Source of the DNA: Escherichia coli O127:H6 str. E2348/69
GTDB taxonomy: Bacteria; Pseudomonadota; Gammaproteobacteria; Enterobacterales; Enterobacteriaceae
NCBI RefSeq assembly: GCF_000026545.1
Contig: NC_011601.1
Direction: 5' to 3' (one strand)
DNA: 64,000 nucleotides
Part shown: positions 52,150 to 61,027 of the stretch, piece after piece
Layout: every line of letters begins with the position of its first letter
Position numbering within the stretch: position 1 is the stretch's first letter
Notes under the pieces: model-generated
What the model was told of the DNA's origin: nothing
The model's database searches: none
Seen by the model: only the letters and a program-made list of their open reading frames with translations
Program-made: the position numbers and the translations under genes

Positions 52150-53994
52150 ATGCCAACAAACCTACGCCGCCTGCTTGCGCAGGCTGCCGACGCTGACCCG
52201 CTCAATACTGCGGACGCAGATGTACAGCAAATGATCGCTGACGGGATTGTTATTCGACGTTCCAAGATATGCCCTGTAAAGCGTAAACCCGTTAAGGCGG
52301 CATACAACACAAAGACCGAAGAGTTTTATTACAATGCAGATGGCTCCGCGATGACCTTGCGGGAGTGGCGAACGCTGCACGGTGTTCAACCGAAGAAACA
52401 AAAACAGCGCTCTGACACTGGGTTGCGGCAAGTCATCCAGCCCGGCGACGCGATTCACTGCCGACGCGCTGAGATTGAGCAATGGCTTAATAAGAAGCCC
52501 GCTCGTTATGTTGACCCGCTGCCGCCAGATTTTCCCGGTGTTCGCGTAGACGATGCCGCATTGAAACCGCGCGAGCACGCCGTGCCGGAAGCGACAACCG
52601 GACAGAATGCTTTTCTCAAAGCCTGCCGCGAGTTCCTGATTTGCGATGAGAAGACCATGCGCCGTATCAGTCGGGGCATGAACCAAATGGAAGCTATGCG
52701 CAACGCAGATTTCAAACGCTACGGAGACTCAGGGGAGTTTCGTCAATTGTGGTGTGGAGAGTCGAAGCCTACCGAAGATAGATTTAATAGTTCTAATCAT
52801 CATTGTGACCCGAACGGCTTGGCTGCTTCGCCGTCTGTGCCGCCACTGAATACTGCACCGTATGAGTTCCGCCCGCTGGCTCGCTGTGACCGAAACGCAC
52901 GCGTTAGCCTGCTGCCACCTGATGGGCTGGAGTGGAGGCCGGGGCAGTTGTCTGTTGCTGATGCGATCTTTTCCCGTGGCAGTGATGTGCTTGCCGTACT
53001 GCCGACCGGGTATGGCAAAAGCGCCGCCTTCACTTATCCATTGATTTATGAGTCCCGCGCTGGCATTGGCCTGTCTGTAATCGTGGTTCCTACTAATACC
53101 CTTAAGCGTCAGATTCTCCGCCAGTTGCGGGAGGCTGGCATTCACGCTGTGGCCTTTGGCGATAAGCTACCGAGGCACCGCAACGCACAACAACTGGCGG
53201 GACTAGCAGCCGGGGCGTTCCGGGTTGCTGTTGTTTCGCCTGAACATCTGGTTCCGTCGAGTCAGGTTCTCGCGGCGCTGATGGCTTATGGCGTTGATCG
53301 TTTTATTATCGATGAGGCACACACGGTCAAAGACTGGGATTTCCGCCCAGCTTACGACGCAATGCAGCACACACTACAGAATGCTTTTCCCTCGGCTCAG
53401 CGCTGCGTGTTTACGGCTACTCTACTACGAGAAAATGAGCGCGGTTTAATGGAGGCGCTGGGATGCCGTGGCGATTACGTTACATTCCGTGCTGATGTTG
53501 CTCGCGAGAATATCCAGTTGATTCCGGTCAGGCAGTGCCGCCAGCGATACCGCGCGGCTGTTGGTCTGGTCGAGGCTCTGCCAGAGGAAGAGAAGACGCT
53601 CATTCTAGTCAATGACCTTAAGACGTTGCGGGCGTACCTGAAACTCTTCGGCGACCGGGCGCGCCCATATCACTCGAAGACGATGCACCTGAGCAACGAG
53701 GAACGCCACGCAAACGCTGAGTGGTTTGCCTCTGCGCCGGGCGCGATTCTGATTGCTACTAAAGCCTTCGGGCTGGGTGCTGATGTTCCTGATATCCGTA
53801 ACGTTGTCGTGACATACGTTCCCGATGACTTGCCTGATCTCGTTCAGATGATTGGACGAGCCGGGCGCGATGGGGAACCTGCCCGCGCTTTTCTGCTGTG
53901 GTCATCGCTGGCGCTGGATGTTGCTCCTGATGAGCTTGCTTACTTCTACCGCCCTGAAAACTGTAACTGGCAGTACATCGCTAAATACCTCTGA
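52150..53994 (+). CDS. Superfamily-2 DEAD/DEAH-box (RecQ-like motifs) helicase with ~260-aa N-terminal extension
   Basis: Motif I LPTGYGKS, motif II IIDEAH, motif III FTATL, motif VI QMIGRAGRDG; N-terminal region contains an AlpA/Xis-like segment (AIHCRRAEIEQWL). Confidence 0.8.
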   Translation: MPTNLRRLLAQAADADPLNTADADVQQMIADGIVIRRSKICPVKRKPVKAAYNTKTEEFYYNADGSAMTLREWRTLHGVQPKKQKQRSDTGLRQVIQPGDAIHCRRAEIEQWLNKKPARYVDPLPPDFPGVRVDDAALKPREHAVPEATTGQNAFLKACREFLICDEKTMRRISRGMNQMEAMRNADFKRYGDSGEFRQLWCGESKPTEDRFNSSNHHCDPNGLAASPSVPPLNTAPYEFRPLARCDRNARVSLLPPDGLEWRPGQLSVADAIFSRGSDVLAVLPTGYGKSAAFTYPLIYESRAGIGLSVIVVPTNTLKRQILRQLREAGIHAVAFGDKLPRHRNAQQLAGLAAGAFRVAVVSPEHLVPSSQVLAALMAYGVDRFIIDEAHTVKDWDFRPAYDAMQHTLQNAFPSAQRCVFTATLLRENERGLMEALGCRGDYVTFRADVARENIQLIPVRQCRQRYRAAVGLVEALPEEEKTLILVNDLKTLRAYLKLFGDRARPYHSKTMHLSNEERHANAEWFASAPGAILIATKAFGLGADVPDIRNVVVTYVPDDLPDLVQMIGRAGRDGEPARAFLLWSSLALDVAPDELAYFYRPENCNWQYIAKYL

Positions 53995-54031
53995 GTCGAA
54001 AGGCTCTCCCTGATTCTCTGGAGTTAATCAT

Positions 54032-54469
54032 ATGCCTGTTACCGAACATGCGCAGCGTCGTGCTGCGCGTGCGGATGCGCTCATCACCGCACAACTAGCC
54101 TTTGCCCTGAATGGGTACAACTGGGATGAACTGGCCGAACCTCATCGCAAGACCCTTAATCGTGAGGCCATCATTCGCGAGGTATCTACACCGCTGGAGC
54201 GATATTGCCTGCTGAATGATTGCGAGCCGTGGGAGTGTCTGGCCGCTGTACTGAACCGCATGAAAAGGCCGGATGGCTCGCGTCGCTGGAAAGCCGTCCG
54301 GTTGTCCGACCGGGTTTTCAATGGCCGGGTGCATCCAGTGCGCAAGACTCCTGATGAAGTTTACGCCGCCATTGCCCGCCGCTTGTTCCTGCCGAAGCCT
54401 GTGCATCAAGAAGTGATACAGCACATCCGTGCGCTTGGCTTGTTACCAGTTGGAGATAACCACCAATGA
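54032..54469 (+). CDS. Hypothetical protein (145 aa)
   Basis: ORF in the co-directional operon downstream of the helicase; stop overlaps next start (ATGA). Confidence 0.55.
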   Translation: MPVTEHAQRRAARADALITAQLAFALNGYNWDELAEPHRKTLNREAIIREVSTPLERYCLLNDCEPWECLAAVLNRMKRPDGSRRWKAVRLSDRVFNGRVHPVRKTPDEVYAAIARRLFLPKPVHQEVIQHIRALGLLPVGDNHQ

Positions 54470-54675
54470 CGAAATCTGAATTTGAAAATGAAACATGGCG
54501 AATGAAGGGCTTGCTTCTTGGGGCGCTGATTCGCCGCCTTGAGGAAGATAAGGCTGGCGAGTCGCGCATGGTCGCAGCGGAGTTATCCAGTGCGGTCAAC
54601 TTCCTTAAGGCCAACGCCGTAGAAGCGCCGGACACATCATTCAACAACGTGTTCCCGGAGGATGACGAACAATGA
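54466..54675 (+). CDS. Hypothetical protein (69 aa)
   Basis: Translationally coupled small ORF. Confidence 0.45.
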   Translation: MTKSEFENETWRMKGLLLGALIRRLEEDKAGESRMVAAELSSAVNFLKANAVEAPDTSFNNVFPEDDEQ

Positions 54676-54848
54676 CCCCTGAACAATTCAGACAATGGTT
54701 CGCCACGCTGCCACCGAACTATCAGAGCGCCGCACGCACCATGTACGACAACGCCCGCAAGTCGGGCATACATACCGCGTCAAGCCTTGCGCTGATTCAC
54801 ACGTTGGTTACTGACCAGATCAAATTTGATTCGGAGTTTAATTTATGA
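54672..54848 (+). CDS. Hypothetical protein (58 aa, MTPEQFRQWFATLPPNYQ...)
   Basis: Not in the supplied ORF track (below 60 aa); fills the gap exactly with ATGA overlaps on both sides. Confidence 0.4.
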   Translation: MTPEQFRQWFATLPPNYQSAARTMYDNARKSGIHTASSLALIHTLVTDQIKFDSEFNL

Positions 54849-55408
54849 CTTTGAGTATTACCGATATCCAGCGCATTAACGCGCTGGCTCATAAGCACCT
54901 AAAGAACAATGAAGAGATTGCAGCGGAGACAGGTCATACCCTGACCGATATTGACGCTGTAATCCGTGGCGTCTATGTCGATGACTTGGCCGAACATTGG
55001 AAAGACGATGCTGATATTACTCTGGCGGAGTACAACGCCATCCGCAGCCGCTATAAGCCCGGCAAGTTGCACCGCGATACAGAGTTTATGATTGCCCGCG
55101 ATATGCTGATTCGCCCTGAGACTGTGCTGGCTATCGCCCATTCCCGCTTTAGCAACGTCCACACGCACCCAGTGCCGAAAGCCGTCAAAGCAAAGCCGGA
55201 GAAAGCGAAAGTAGTGCGCAAGTTAGTGCTTACTGATTTAGATGAAATCCACAAGTTAGAGCGCTTCGGTTGGCCTGCTGCGGAGATCGCCGGGAAGCTG
55301 GGCGTCCCTGTTGAGGTCGTCGCGCATGTGCAACGCTGCCTGAGAAATCGTTGGTCGTACCCGGATACTCTGGAGTCTGTTAACTCCAAATTCAGCGAGG
55401 CTGAATGA
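54845..55408 (+). CDS. Hypothetical protein (187 aa), possible HTH-containing
   Basis: ORF in operon; helix-turn-helix-like segments; ATGA coupling. Confidence 0.5.
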   Translation: MTLSITDIQRINALAHKHLKNNEEIAAETGHTLTDIDAVIRGVYVDDLAEHWKDDADITLAEYNAIRSRYKPGKLHRDTEFMIARDMLIRPETVLAIAHSRFSNVHTHPVPKAVKAKPEKAKVVRKLVLTDLDEIHKLERFGWPAAEIAGKLGVPVEVVAHVQRCLRNRWSYPDTLESVNSKFSEAE

Positions 55409-55641
55409 TGGCAGAGAACGAACCGCTGCACCCCGCCGTTAACCCTGATCTCTACGTGAACCTTGACGAACAACGCGAAGGATACGCTCCGATTGAATCA
55501 CAGGGTTGGGATGTGCTGACGCAGAACCTGACCGGGAAAGGTCGAACTGACCCCAGCCAAACACTTAACCAGAATCCGAAACAACGCCCGCACGGCTCCG
55601 TTGGTGAGCGTCGTTGGCTTCGTAAACGTGGATTACTTTAA
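55405..55641 (+). CDS. Hypothetical protein (78 aa)
   Basis: Translationally coupled small ORF. Confidence 0.4.
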   Translation: MMAENEPLHPAVNPDLYVNLDEQREGYAPIESQGWDVLTQNLTGKGRTDPSQTLNQNPKQRPHGSVGERRWLRKRGLL

Positions 55642-55653
55642 CGAGGAATTACC

Positions 55654-55893
55654 ATGAGCAAAACTATCGTATTGCTGCCGCCCCGCAAGAATACAGACTG
55701 GGCTGCACAATTAAAGCTGATTTCTGAATCGCTTGAGGTGAGTCAGGCAGACCTCGCCCACGCCTATCAGGTTGATCGTCGGGATATGGGTAAAGCGTAT
55801 CACGGTGTGCGCAAACTGCCGGAGCGTTGTGTGCCTGTTCATATGCTGTTGTTAGCGCAGGTACACGACTTTAGAGCATTATCAGGAGAATAA
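55654..55893 (+). CDS. Hypothetical protein (79 aa)
   Basis: Small ORF in operon with aggaat RBS-like sequence. Confidence 0.4.
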   Translation: MSKTIVLLPPRKNTDWAAQLKLISESLEVSQADLAHAYQVDRRDMGKAYHGVRKLPERCVPVHMLLLAQVHDFRALSGE

Positions 55894-55896
55894 TTT

Positions 55897-56577
55897 ATGT
55901 CTGACCAGAATGTTAATCCGTACCTTTCCGGTGCTGATGCTGCATCGCAGCAATCGCCATACATGGCTGCACCTGTTGGCGCTGACAATGGCGCATCCCG
56001 CTTTAGCTCTGTGCCTGCTGATGCTGATTTCCTCCGTACCCAGCCCGTTAACGGTAATGATGGCGGCCAATGGAATAATGGCAGTATCGCGAATCAGCAG
56101 GATCAGAACGCTGACAGCGCCGGGGCGCAGGTGGGCGATACTATCTCCCTGATGGATGGAACAGCTATTGAGTACACCGCCGAGCTGCAAGGATTGATGG
56201 GGCAGTTTCACCAGTCTGTCGAAAGCCAGCTAGGGCAGGGGACAGTTGACGCTATGTTGCAGTACGCTGGCACGCTCGACGCCGGGACGCAATCGACCCT
56301 TGAACGGATGGTTATGTCTGGCGACCCTGCGCAGATGCAGCGGGCGGTTCAGTATCTGCAAGAGCGTATGGCTGGCGGTTCCATTACCGGTTACGTCCCG
56401 AACGGCCAGACTGCCGCGCAACCTGTCGGAATGTCACATGCTGAGTTTATAGCAGCGTATGACCAGCTTTCGCAGTGGGCGCAGCAATCAGGGTATGGCC
56501 CCGGCCATCGCCAGTACGACGAACAATACCGTGCTCTGGTTGCGCAGCGCTCCGCTGGCAAACGTGCTGGTCGCTAA
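55897..56577 (+). CDS. Hypothetical protein (226 aa), low-complexity Q/A/G-rich
   Basis: ORF in operon; compositionally biased. Confidence 0.45.
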   Translation: MSDQNVNPYLSGADAASQQSPYMAAPVGADNGASRFSSVPADADFLRTQPVNGNDGGQWNNGSIANQQDQNADSAGAQVGDTISLMDGTAIEYTAELQGLMGQFHQSVESQLGQGTVDAMLQYAGTLDAGTQSTLERMVMSGDPAQMQRAVQYLQERMAGGSITGYVPNGQTAAQPVGMSHAEFIAAYDQLSQWAQQSGYGPGHRQYDEQYRALVAQRSAGKRAGR

Positions 56578-56716
56578 CGCCCAACGGTGGAATGCGCCCT
56601 GCAAGACTGAGTGCGCACCAACCCGGTACTACCACACCAATCTAAGCGCATGAGTCCCCGCAAGCCGCATTCTGCGCGGCATCTGAAAGCCTGTTTTTAA
56701 TTAACCGAGGTTCGTA

Positions 56717-57130
56717 ATGAGTACCTGTAATTTCCATGCCGTGGTGCGTGTCGCTGACGTGCGCCCGGATTTCGCCTTGCCGCTGGGTAGATGCGACCAC
56801 ATTTACCCTGAGCGTGTGCAGCACGTTTTCAATCCAGACGAAGCGGTTTATATCGTTGCCCGGTCTGCCACATCCGGCACCCGCACATCTGGCGTTAGCC
56901 GTGGGCTTTCCCCTGTGCTGCCGCCGAAGATGGCCGAGCGGATGCGCGAACGTGAACGGCACGAGAAAAACCGAGTCAGACCCCGCAAGGTGATCACTGA
57001 GGCGATACGCGCTGACATTATCGATCGCTCTGCAAAAGGTCAGAAGAATCGTTACATTGCAAGCAAGGTTGGTGTGTCTGAAACCTCTGTGCGGAAGGTG
57101 TTGAACATGGCGCGTATGAGTGCGCACTAG
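56717..57130 (+). CDS. Hypothetical DNA-binding protein (137 aa, C-terminal HTH)
   Basis: C-terminal RYIASKVGVSETSVRKVLNMAR resembles an HTH; could be a regulator or small-terminase-like. Confidence 0.45.
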   Translation: MSTCNFHAVVRVADVRPDFALPLGRCDHIYPERVQHVFNPDEAVYIVARSATSGTRTSGVSRGLSPVLPPKMAERMRERERHEKNRVRPRKVITEAIRADIIDRSAKGQKNRYIASKVGVSETSVRKVLNMARMSAH

Positions 57131-57349
57131 TGCAAGGTAATACGTTCACCTTACTTCACGCGCACTAACCCCTGAGAACCGTGCCAGCTCTGGCCTCAAA
57201 ACGCCCATTTCGGGGCACCTCATTCCTCTTAATCGATACCGTTCTGAATCCTGCCTCGGCGGGAGGATTACGCACGCCCGCGCCATGACGATGGCCGGGC
57301 CTATCTCGTCAGTGAATCCGCTGGCACAACCTACGTAGGAGTTTTACAT

Positions 57350-58345
57350 ATGGCCGATAACATTTACTCGCCTGACCAGTTCCGCCCACATTATGGCGGG
57401 GTGGAATCTGACAATGATATTCACATCGAGGCTTATGACCGGGATGTCCAGACCCGTTTAGAGTCCAAATCCGTATTTCTGGCCGAGGGGCTGTCTACAT
57501 ACAGGCCGCTGAAAGCCAGCAACCAATATCGTGTTGATCGCCTGAGTGGTGATCTGGAGGTGAAGGGCAGAACCGCAGGGCAATCGCTGGAGCCTACCGC
57601 TGTTAAGTCGGATAAGCTGATTATCTCTGTGGATACGCTGAGTTATATCCGCATCCCGATTGACTATCAGGATGACTGGACAGCACCCACCTTTCGCTCA
57701 GAGCTGAGCCGCAATATCGGTACTGCTCACGCTAAATTCTACGACGAAGCGCACACCATCCAGCTAATCAAAGCGACTGACTTTGTACCGCCGCCGACGT
57801 TGCAACCAACGTTTAACCCGCTGACGGATAATGTTGTCTCGCTCGACCTGACAGCGGGGAGCGAAGAGGACGCCGCAAACGAATTGTCTCACGCCGTAAA
57901 AGCGGCTGCTAATCGCTTTCTCACTGAGAAAGATATTCCGGTGGCCGAGCTGGTACTGCTTATCGACCCGGCTTGGTTCAGCATCCTGATGGAACATAAG
58001 AAGCTGATGAACATCCGTTACAGCCGGGATAGTGGCAACGATTACGCATGGCGTCGAGTTGGCTATGTCGCTTGGGTACGAGTCATTGAGCTGAACAGTT
58101 ACCCGCAGGGAGCCATTACCGCGCATGAACTGGGCGCTGATTATAATGTGACCGCAGGGGAAGCGCTGACACGGGCGACGCTGTTCCGGCCTGCGTCTGT
58201 ACTTGTGACAGTCGAAGCGCAGAGCGTCATCAATCGCCAGTGGGATGAGGAACGCGAAATGACAATGGTGATGGACTCATATCGCCTGTTCAATGTTGGG
58301 CTGCGCCGCCCGGACTGCGTTATCAATTTCCGACAAGCTGCATAA
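57350..58345 (+). CDS. Hypothetical protein (331 aa), possibly structural/morphogenetic
   Basis: Largest ORF of the operon, upstream of the HNH endonuclease; no motif recognised. Confidence 0.5.
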   Translation: MADNIYSPDQFRPHYGGVESDNDIHIEAYDRDVQTRLESKSVFLAEGLSTYRPLKASNQYRVDRLSGDLEVKGRTAGQSLEPTAVKSDKLIISVDTLSYIRIPIDYQDDWTAPTFRSELSRNIGTAHAKFYDEAHTIQLIKATDFVPPPTLQPTFNPLTDNVVSLDLTAGSEEDAANELSHAVKAAANRFLTEKDIPVAELVLLIDPAWFSILMEHKKLMNIRYSRDSGNDYAWRRVGYVAWVRVIELNSYPQGAITAHELGADYNVTAGEALTRATLFRPASVLVTVEAQSVINRQWDEEREMTMVMDSYRLFNVGLRRPDCVINFRQAA

Positions 58346-58361
58346 CTGGAGGGGCTGAGTC

Positions 58362-58871
58362 ATGGTTAATGATGCTTACGCCCCTGAGCTGTTGCGATCC
58401 CTTTTCCTGTATGACCCGGTGACAGGTCGCCTGCACCATAAAGCTAGCCGATGCCGGGTTACGGCTGGCTCCTATGCTGACTCCACCCGGCGAGCTGATG
58501 GCTATCGTCAAGTTGCCCTGCGACTGGATGGCAAGCAGTACCAGCTAAAAGCCCATCGCGTAGCGTGGATTCTTGCGCATGGTGCTATTCCCCACGGTAT
58601 GCAGATCGATCACATCAACGGTACCCGTGACGATAACCGCTTATGCAATCTGCGATTGGTTACGCAGCGGGAAAACGACCAGAACCGACGCAAGGCAAGG
58701 GGGTATAGCTGGAATAAGGGCTGTAGCAAATGGGAGGCTTACATACGCGTTGGTGGTGTACTCCGTCACCTTGGCTTATTCACATCCGAAGCGGCAGCTC
58801 GTGCTGTGTACCTGAAAGCTAAAGCCAGATACCACCCCTCAACGCCTGACGATTTATTGCAGGCTGCCTAA
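58362..58871 (+). CDS. HNH endonuclease with C-terminal AP2-like DNA-binding domain
   Basis: HNH_3-type motif HRVAWILAHGAIPHGMQIDHINGTRDDNRLCNLRLVTQREN, then WNKGCSKWEAYIRVGGVLRHLGLF (AP2-like). Confidence 0.8.
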   Translation: MVNDAYAPELLRSLFLYDPVTGRLHHKASRCRVTAGSYADSTRRADGYRQVALRLDGKQYQLKAHRVAWILAHGAIPHGMQIDHINGTRDDNRLCNLRLVTQRENDQNRRKARGYSWNKGCSKWEAYIRVGGVLRHLGLFTSEAAARAVYLKAKARYHPSTPDDLLQAA

Positions 58872-58889
58872 CCCTCGGAGGTTCCATTA

Positions 58890-59315
58890 ATGGCTGATGA
58901 AAAGCCGATTAGGTCGCTGGCAGGTGATGACCCACGCCGCCAGCAGTACGCCGAACTGTTGGCGCAGGCTAGCCGCATGACTATTCCCCGGCTGCATCCG
59001 GGCGATGCTAACAGTGTGATGAGTCAGCTTGCAACGATGCTTGGCGCACCTGTCCCGATAGTCGGTGCTATGACTGAGCACGCCGCTGCATGGCGTGCCT
59101 GTCTGCTTGAGCAAGGACTTGGCGAGCTTCTGGATGGCTTGAGTAAACAGGTGCTGACCATCTTCTTTCTGCTCTGCTGGAGAGACAGCGCCTTGCGATT
59201 GGCTGGTAAGCAAAAGAAACGGCTTACAGCCGCCAGCGAGGGTTTGACCATTGAGCAATACCGGGCAATGCACCCGGCTTACAGAGAGGATAAAGAACAT
59301 GATAACCACGATTAA
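58890..59315 (+). CDS. Hypothetical protein (141 aa)
   Basis: ORF downstream of HNH. Confidence 0.45.
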   Translation: MADEKPIRSLAGDDPRRQQYAELLAQASRMTIPRLHPGDANSVMSQLATMLGAPVPIVGAMTEHAAAWRACLLEQGLGELLDGLSKQVLTIFFLLCWRDSALRLAGKQKKRLTAASEGLTIEQYRAMHPAYREDKEHDNHD

Positions 59316-59598
59316 ATTAAGGTGGCGGTACATCGAGACGCCGCCAATGACTGGCGCACTCGCTGACCTGAAACAGTGGGTAATGAATGCCGTAGAGCCT
59401 GAGCTTGAGGCTGAATTTCGTAAGCTGCTGGGGCAGATGCGTCGCAATGGTATCAGTGATGGGCGCGTAAATGCGGTGGCTGATGAGCTTTATGCTCTGG
59501 TATGCCAACGCCAGCGCGAAGAATACGAAGCCTGCAAGCGGGCTGCCTCTGACAATGGAGACTTTGAATCATGGTTACACGGACAGACCAGCTACTAA
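59299..59598 (+). CDS. Hypothetical protein (99 aa)
   Basis: Start chosen at ATG 59299 preceded by gaggataaag RBS; overlaps upstream gene end. Confidence 0.4.
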   Translation: MITTIKLRWRYIETPPMTGALADLKQWVMNAVEPELEAEFRKLLGQMRRNGISDGRVNAVADELYALVCQRQREEYEACKRAASDNGDFESWLHGQTSY

Positions 59599-59996
59599 GA
59601 AAAGCTATGAGGGGCTATCTGGAACACCTTGGCAACATGCCGCTGGCGGAACGGATTACAAATGCTGCTGTATTCGAAGATGTGTATCGCTTTTTGTTGA
59701 ATGGTTCCGGGCGGCTGGAGCTGCGCCGCGCTGACGTGGCTGCCGTCCGTGTCTTCCTTTGGAACTATCAATACCGCCGCTGTGCTGTGACAGGTAAGCC
59801 GCTGCGCCTTGCGTCTGCCGTTCTGGATCACTGCCACCGAACCGGGCGCGTGCGTGCTGTGGTGCATCGTTCTGCTAACGCTGCTGAGGGAGGCCGCTAC
59901 GTTGGGCGGACGTGTGGTGTTAGCGTTACGAATCTAAGGGCTATGATTGGCAGCTATCGCAAGCAATACACTGGTATTGGCATGTTATATCCATAA
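59571..59996 (+). CDS. Hypothetical protein (141 aa)
   Basis: Last ORF of the co-directional operon. Confidence 0.4.
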   Translation: MVTRTDQLLRKAMRGYLEHLGNMPLAERITNAAVFEDVYRFLLNGSGRLELRRADVAAVRVFLWNYQYRRCAVTGKPLRLASAVLDHCHRTGRVRAVVHRSANAAEGGRYVGRTCGVSVTNLRAMIGSYRKQYTGIGMLYP

Positions 59997-60037
59997 CTGC
60001 GGGGTAATAAACCCCGCCGAAATAGTAGCGTAGCCAC

Positions 60038-60940
60038 TCAAACAGGAATGTTGTAGTAATGACAAATTGCATTAGTTAGTAGAGCTGGTGCAGCAGACGC
60101 TGCAATATTTAGCGTCCCCGCATATGCTTTACCAATCATATTTACAACCCACTTCCCAAGGCTATCACTGAAATTGTCCGGGGTAGTTGGGGCGGGTGAT
60201 TCTTGTATAGCTTGATGAAGGCTCTTAATATCTTCATCATTAGCGCCCCAATCCTTGAGCTGCTTTTCAAGCGAGTTGAAGTCTCCAGCGTTGACAGTAT
60301 TATTTTGTGAAATGTCCCCGTTACCAGAGCCAATAACGCCAGCATTGTTTACGTTGCCATGAATGTTGGTCACGTTATGGACAGTCATTGGCGCTACCTC
60401 TTTTTCTCTTAATGAAAACTGTAACCCTTCGCCTAAAATACCCTTTGACTCTAAGTCTAAAGACCAGTCGAGGATCTTATTCCTAACGGTAGTAATTACA
60501 TGTTCTAGTACACCAGCGCTTATAACCCATACCATCTCAGTCTTTTGTCCGATACTTTGAGCTAATGTATCAGCCATCCAATCCGGGAGAGGTAAAAAAG
60601 GGTTTTCTCCTTTATTGCTCATCTTTTTTATAGATGATATTGATTCTGTAATGTGAAACGTTGATACCATTGCATTTAATTCCGCGTCGTTGAAGTTGAC
60701 CACAAGCGGAACCCAGCTCTGATGTTGGGGACTATATGCTTTTAACTGCGATTGACCTTTCCTGTATTCAGGAACCGTATCAAAGCTGGGATAGCCATTT
60801 AATTCGAGCTGTATCCACTCGGTCAAATCGCTGAGGCCGAGCTTCACTGCAATCATTTTGGCCTTCATGAGTACAGATAAAATGTCGGAGTCGGGATCGC
60901 ACGCTAGTGCTTGAAGTTCAAGAACTGGTGAGTTAGCCAT
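60038..60940 (-). CDS. Hypothetical protein, candidate abortive-infection protein (N-terminus reminiscent of AbiTii-type domains)
   Basis: 300-aa ORF convergent with the operon, adjacent to the integrase; N-terminal LELQALACDPDSDILSVLMKAKMIAVKLGL...ELNGYP pattern; Asn/Gly-rich middle region. Confidence 0.5.
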   Translation of the reverse strand: MANSPVLELQALACDPDSDILSVLMKAKMIAVKLGLSDLTEWIQLELNGYPSFDTVPEYRKGQSQLKAYSPQHQSWVPLVVNFNDAELNAMVSTFHITESISSIKKMSNKGENPFLPLPDWMADTLAQSIGQKTEMVWVISAGVLEHVITTVRNKILDWSLDLESKGILGEGLQFSLREKEVAPMTVHNVTNIHGNVNNAGVIGSGNGDISQNNTVNAGDFNSLEKQLKDWGANDEDIKSLHQAIQESPAPTTPDNFSDSLGKWVVNMIGKAYAGTLNIAASAAPALLTNAICHYYNIPV

Positions 60941-61027
60941 ATCAAGACCTTAGTATTGTTTTGATAAGGTATCTTACCCGCATCGAACCATGCAGTCTAA
61001 GGTTCGCAGGCCAAACTCACCCATGAG

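Noticed and set aside
52162..53145. 174-aa and 138-aa minus-strand ORFs inside the helicase gene
   Set aside because: Antisense to a helicase ORF supported by a complete set of SF2 motifs
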